Shown: in pieces, positions 60,064 to 64,000 of the stretch | Layout: the number at the start of each line of letters is the position of its first letter | How positions within the stretch are numbered: the first letter of the stretch is position 1 | From: Balamuthia mandrillaris | Taxonomy: Eukaryota | DNA: 64,000 bases | Assembly (NCBI GenBank): GCA_031835245.2 | Contig: JAVKOQ020000013.1 | Span: forward strand, 124,001-188,000 | Reading direction: 5' to 3' | Position numbers and translations under genes: made by a program | The notes under the pieces: model-generated | Seen by the model: the letters and a program-made list of their open reading frames with translations, nothing else | Databases searched by the model: none | What the model was told of the DNA's origin: nothing

Positions 60064-60561
60064 TCACGTGTTCTCGCCACCTTCTTTGAGGATCAGGTGA
60101 AGCAAGTCGCCCTTTTTGACGTTGTAGTCGGCCAACGTTTGGCCGTCGCACATTTGCATGCCATCAAAAATAAGTTTTTGTTTATGATCATACCGAAAAC
60201 CTTTTGTTTAGTTTTTTTTGTTGGGGAATGAGAGAAAAAGTTAGAAACGAAGAGGGGAAAAAAAAAACCAAGGTGGGTCCGTCAGTCATTCATTCATTCT
60301 TTCTTTTATTTTTCTAAATGTACCTTGTTCCTCACAAATCTTGGCTTTGATGTCTTCTATGGTATCGCTGGCGTAAACCTCCACGCTGACCTTTCGCCGT
60401 TTGCCCATGGAGTCGTCCATCATCTTTGTGGCGGAGGCAGCTTTCTTTGGGGTGCCTGCAGCAGCCGAGCCCCTGTTCCGGCGTGTGTGTTTCATCCGCT
60501 TTTCGTTCCTTCTCGCTGCTACTTTTTTTTTGTTGTTTACTTTCATTACGATCTGCTGCAT
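60064..60561 (-). CDS. Divergent ubiquitin-like protein with a basic N-terminal insertion and C-terminal GG-ENT (2 exons, intron 60201-60323)
   Basis: Spliced product ..VSVEVYASDTIEDIKAKICEEQGFRYDHKQKLIFDGMQMCDGQTLADYNVKKGDLLHLILKEGGENT* aligns by eye with ubiquitin; exon 2 is missing from the ORF track. Confidence 0.8.
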
Positions 60562-60738
60562 TGCTGGACAATTGCTGCAGTCTGAACAGGGCTTTTCATG
60601 TCGACATTAAGAACGTCGACAAAGTGACATCAGTAAAGGTGAACAAAATGTGCACGTTTGGTGCACTTTTTGTCGACAGAAAAATTAACGTAACATAATT
60701 TTTTTATTCATTTTGAATAAAAAAAATCTTATGATGAG

Positions 60739-63700
60739 ATGAGTGGACGTGCTGCCGCTGTTGCTGCTGGCGACCACCACGACGACGACGACGACGTGCA
60801 GGCGGAAGGGGGCAGGCCCCACCCCGTGAACGGCGCTTCGTCCGAGCAAAGCCAGGCAAAGAAGAAGAAGAGGAGGAGGGCTAAGAAGAACAGAAGAAGG
60901 AAGAAACGAGTGAGCAAAGAAGAAGAAGAGAAGCAAAAAGAGAGAGAGGAGGAAGAAGCAGAGGGAGGAGGAGAAGAAGAGGTGGAGGAAGAAAATGTAG
61001 CGAAAGGAGTGAAAAAGAAAAGCACAAAAGCAGAGCGAAAACAACAAAAGAAGAAGGCAAAGAAACAGAAGAAGAAGAAGAAGAAGAAGAAGAAGAAGCA
61101 AACGCACCCTCACCATCAGCACCATCGCCATTGCCACCACTGCTGCAAACGTTTTGGCGTATTGCTGGCCCTGGTGGTCGTCTTCTTCGCCTGGCAGTGG
61201 CTTGGTAGCAAGATCTCCATCGAGCACGTCAGCCCCTTGGTCGCCAACTACATCCCCCAGGTTTGTTTGGCCTGCCGCCTTTCTTCTCCCTGTTCTCTTT
61301 TTTTTTTCCCCCTCTTCTGGGTGTTTTGTGGCCCGGATGTTCTGTTCTCTTGTTTGCTCTTCTCTACTGCACTTTTTCTCTCATTCTCTTCTGCTTTTCC
61401 ACGTCTCTCTCCTGCTCTCATTTACTCTCTCCTCTCTCTCCCCACTCTCCCCACTCTCCCTCTCTGTTTTAGTACCCAACGCTCCTCTAACTCTCTCTCT
61501 CTCTCTCCCTCTCCCTCTCGCTCTGGTATGCAGAACCTTCAAGAGGGGATAGGTCGTTTGAATAGAGGTGTTCGCGAACATTTTCCATTCATTGACAACA
61601 GCAATAGGCCTGGCACTGTGGCAGCTGCTCGTGGGTGGCGTGCCCATTACCCTGTTCTCATGGTTTGTTTTTATTTTCTCTCCCATCTTTCTTTGCTTGT
61701 CCACTGCCGCGCTAATCTCATGCCCTCTCTTTCTTCCTCTCTTTCGCTCTCTCTTTCTATCATTATTTAACAGGTACCAGGTATCGTATCAACGGGACTA
61801 GAGATATGGCAAGGAAAAGAATGTGCAAAGTAAGTCACTTCTATGTTTGTTGTGCCTCTGTCTTTGGCAATGAAAACAAACTAAGCTGTTGTTTTGTTTT
61901 GTTTCACCCTTCACTCCCATTGTGATTTCATAAACCTAAAAGCATCGCCAAAAACTTTCGCGAGAGGCTATGGGGTACTGTTACCATGATGCAGCAACTG
62001 CTGATAGATAGGAAGTGCTGGTTGGAGCACATGATGCTCAACAGGACTACTGGCTTGGACCCAGAGGGCATTAAGCTGCGAGCAGCTCTGGGCTTGGGTG
62101 CTGCCGACTATCTCTTCCCAGGTCTCTCTCTCTCTCTCTCCCTCCCTCCCTCCCTATCCCTCTCTCTCACCCTTTGTTTGCAGGATATTGGGTATGGGGT
62201 AAGCTGATTGAGAACCTAGCGGACATTGGCTATGATCCAAACAACTTGTTTATGGCGGGATATGATTGGCGGCTCTCCTACCATTCACTCGAAGTTAGAG
62301 ATCGTTTCTTTACGAAGCTGAAATTGCAAATAGAGCACATCAAGGAAACCAACAACGGGAAAAAAGTGGTGGTCATGGCTCACAGCATGGGCACTAATGT
62401 CTTCTTTTACTTTATGAAGTGGGTAGAAGCTCCTTATCATACTAAAGAAGGTATTTCTCTTTTCTCTTTCATTTGTTTGTCTTTTTCTTGTTCTGTTTCG
62501 TGCCTGACATATGAATGATGGATAAAGCCTCCTCAGGTCAGCAATGGGCAAGTGGTGGCGGAGGAGGTCCCAGCTGGGTCAACGACCACATCCACACGTT
62601 TGTCAACTTGGCAGGTCCTCTATTGGGAGTTGGCAAGTCCCTGACCTCCTTGCTCTCCGGAGAGATGAGAGACACGGCTCAATTTGGGGCGTTGGACTCT
62701 TACATAGTAGACACCATCTTCACCAAGCAAGAGCGCGCGTTGCTGTTTCGTTCTTGGGGTAGCGTGGCTTCCATGTTGTTAAAGGGGGGCAAGCACATTT
62801 GGGGTAACGCCACTAGCTCTCCCGACGAGGTTCCTTTCGGCGGTTACACATTAATGTTCGCGGATGAGAGAACTGAAGAGGAAAAGGAGAATGAAAAGGA
62901 ATTAGGCGGAAAGGACCAAAAGGCGGAATCGAGTGGAGGTGTTGGTTCCGAAAGAGCTTCACAGTTGGGCAAAAGAGTGGCGGAGAAAAATAACCAGCAG
63001 GTGCTGAAACATCTTCCCAACATGACCGCCGACGAAAGCCTGTCATTCCTCTTCGAAGCAGCCAACGACGAGGCCCTCTCCCACTACGTCAATAAGGTGT
63101 ACAGCTTCGGCGTCGAGGCCAGGCACGAAGTGCTTTTCTCAGAGGAACACAGGAAAGAATCTCGTTATTGGAGCAATCCTTTGGAGACAACACTACCCTT
63201 TGCTCCTGACATGAAGATTTTTTGTCTTTATGGCTACGGCAAAGATACGGAGAGAGCTTACTTCTACAAACGAGCAGAAGAAACAGTGAAAGATATGGAA
63301 GAGTCGGAAAGAGAGAAGGAAAGAAACCTCCAAGAGCTTCAGTGCATGAAAACAAAGGAACGAGGCCTGTTGCAGCGATTGGATGATGCTGTGATGGGCT
63401 CGGAACTTATGAGTCAGTTATTTTGGTGGAAAGCTGGAGCGAATTCTTCCTCCGAAGATAATACCTACTCTTCTTCGTTGCCCGTGTGCAGCATTCAAGA
63501 TTACAACACTTCGAGGTCTTCTTCTCCTTTCTACAGTGATATGACTACGGACAGCCCCTCCACATTTGCTTCAGATTCCACTCACAAAAAGCAGGATACA
63601 AGAAGCAGAAAAGAGATAAAGAACATCGTAGATGAAAGCACTATCAAGTATCGCTTAGATAACTCCATCAGCGACACAAGCAAAGGATTGGCTTATGGTG

Positions 63701-64000
63701 TTGTTAATGGACCTGGTATTGCTTTCCTCTTCCTTCTCCTCTCTTCTCCTCTCTCCTCTCTCTCTCTCTCTCTTTGAGACAGTGAAATGCTTACAATCAA
63801 AAAAATACTTAAAAAACAAAGGGGATGGTACGGTACCATTGATGAGCTTGGGTTACATGTGCGTGGAAGGATGGACCAACCAACAGTACGGCTTTAACCC
63901 CAGTAACATTCCTGTCATTACTCGCGAGTATGAACACAAACCCCTTTCGATCGTTCAAGGTTCTCGGATTCTCATTCCCTCCCTATCTCTCTCTCTCTCT
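60739..64000 (+). CDS. PDAT: Phospholipid:diacylglycerol acyltransferase (PDAT/LRO1, LCAT family); 3' end lies outside the window
   Basis: N-terminal TM helix, HYPVLMVPGIVSTGLEIW, GYWVWGKLIENLA, YDWRLS, AHSMG nucleophile, SGEMRDT, WSNPLE, GDGTVP. Confidence 0.92.

Noticed and set aside
17826..60561. Functional cluster linking the RBR ligase, the UBR-box protein and the ubiquitin-like gene
   Set aside because: They lie 10-35 kb apart among unrelated housekeeping genes; proximity alone gives no support in a eukaryotic genome

Overview
Gene-dense, intron-rich eukaryotic nuclear DNA. It is most likely amoebozoan, inferred from an SHK-type kinase-SH2 gene, coactosin and an amoeba-type Clu-domain gene; the species cannot be fixed from sequence alone. 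About 19 protein genes can be assembled by hand across short, microsatellite-filled introns: a partial multipass membrane protein, a secreted subtilase-LamG protein, a small EF-hand protein, ArfGAP1, a BAR-RhoGAP-ADF-H protein, a small membrane protein, an MRPL45/Tim44-like protein, coactosin, a giant ubiquitin ligase, an orphan, SHK kinase, two tandem fungal-TF-MHR-like paralogs, a secreted TSP1 protein, a Clu-UBR-box-beta-trefoil protein, a metallophosphoesterase, CTF18, SHQ1, a ubiquitin-like protein and a partial PDAT. Highlights: (1) a 17-exon, ~1842-aa ORF joining RWD, a full Ariadne RBR ligase, a chromodomain, RCC1 repeats and two BTB domains; (2) a divergent ubiquitin-like protein ending GG-ENT; (3) an AT-AC intron with a U2-like donor; (4) three tRNA-3'-half-like repeats with a Pol III B-box upstream of SHQ1; (5) recurrent promoter motifs. 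All domain calls are by motif recognition; no searches were run.
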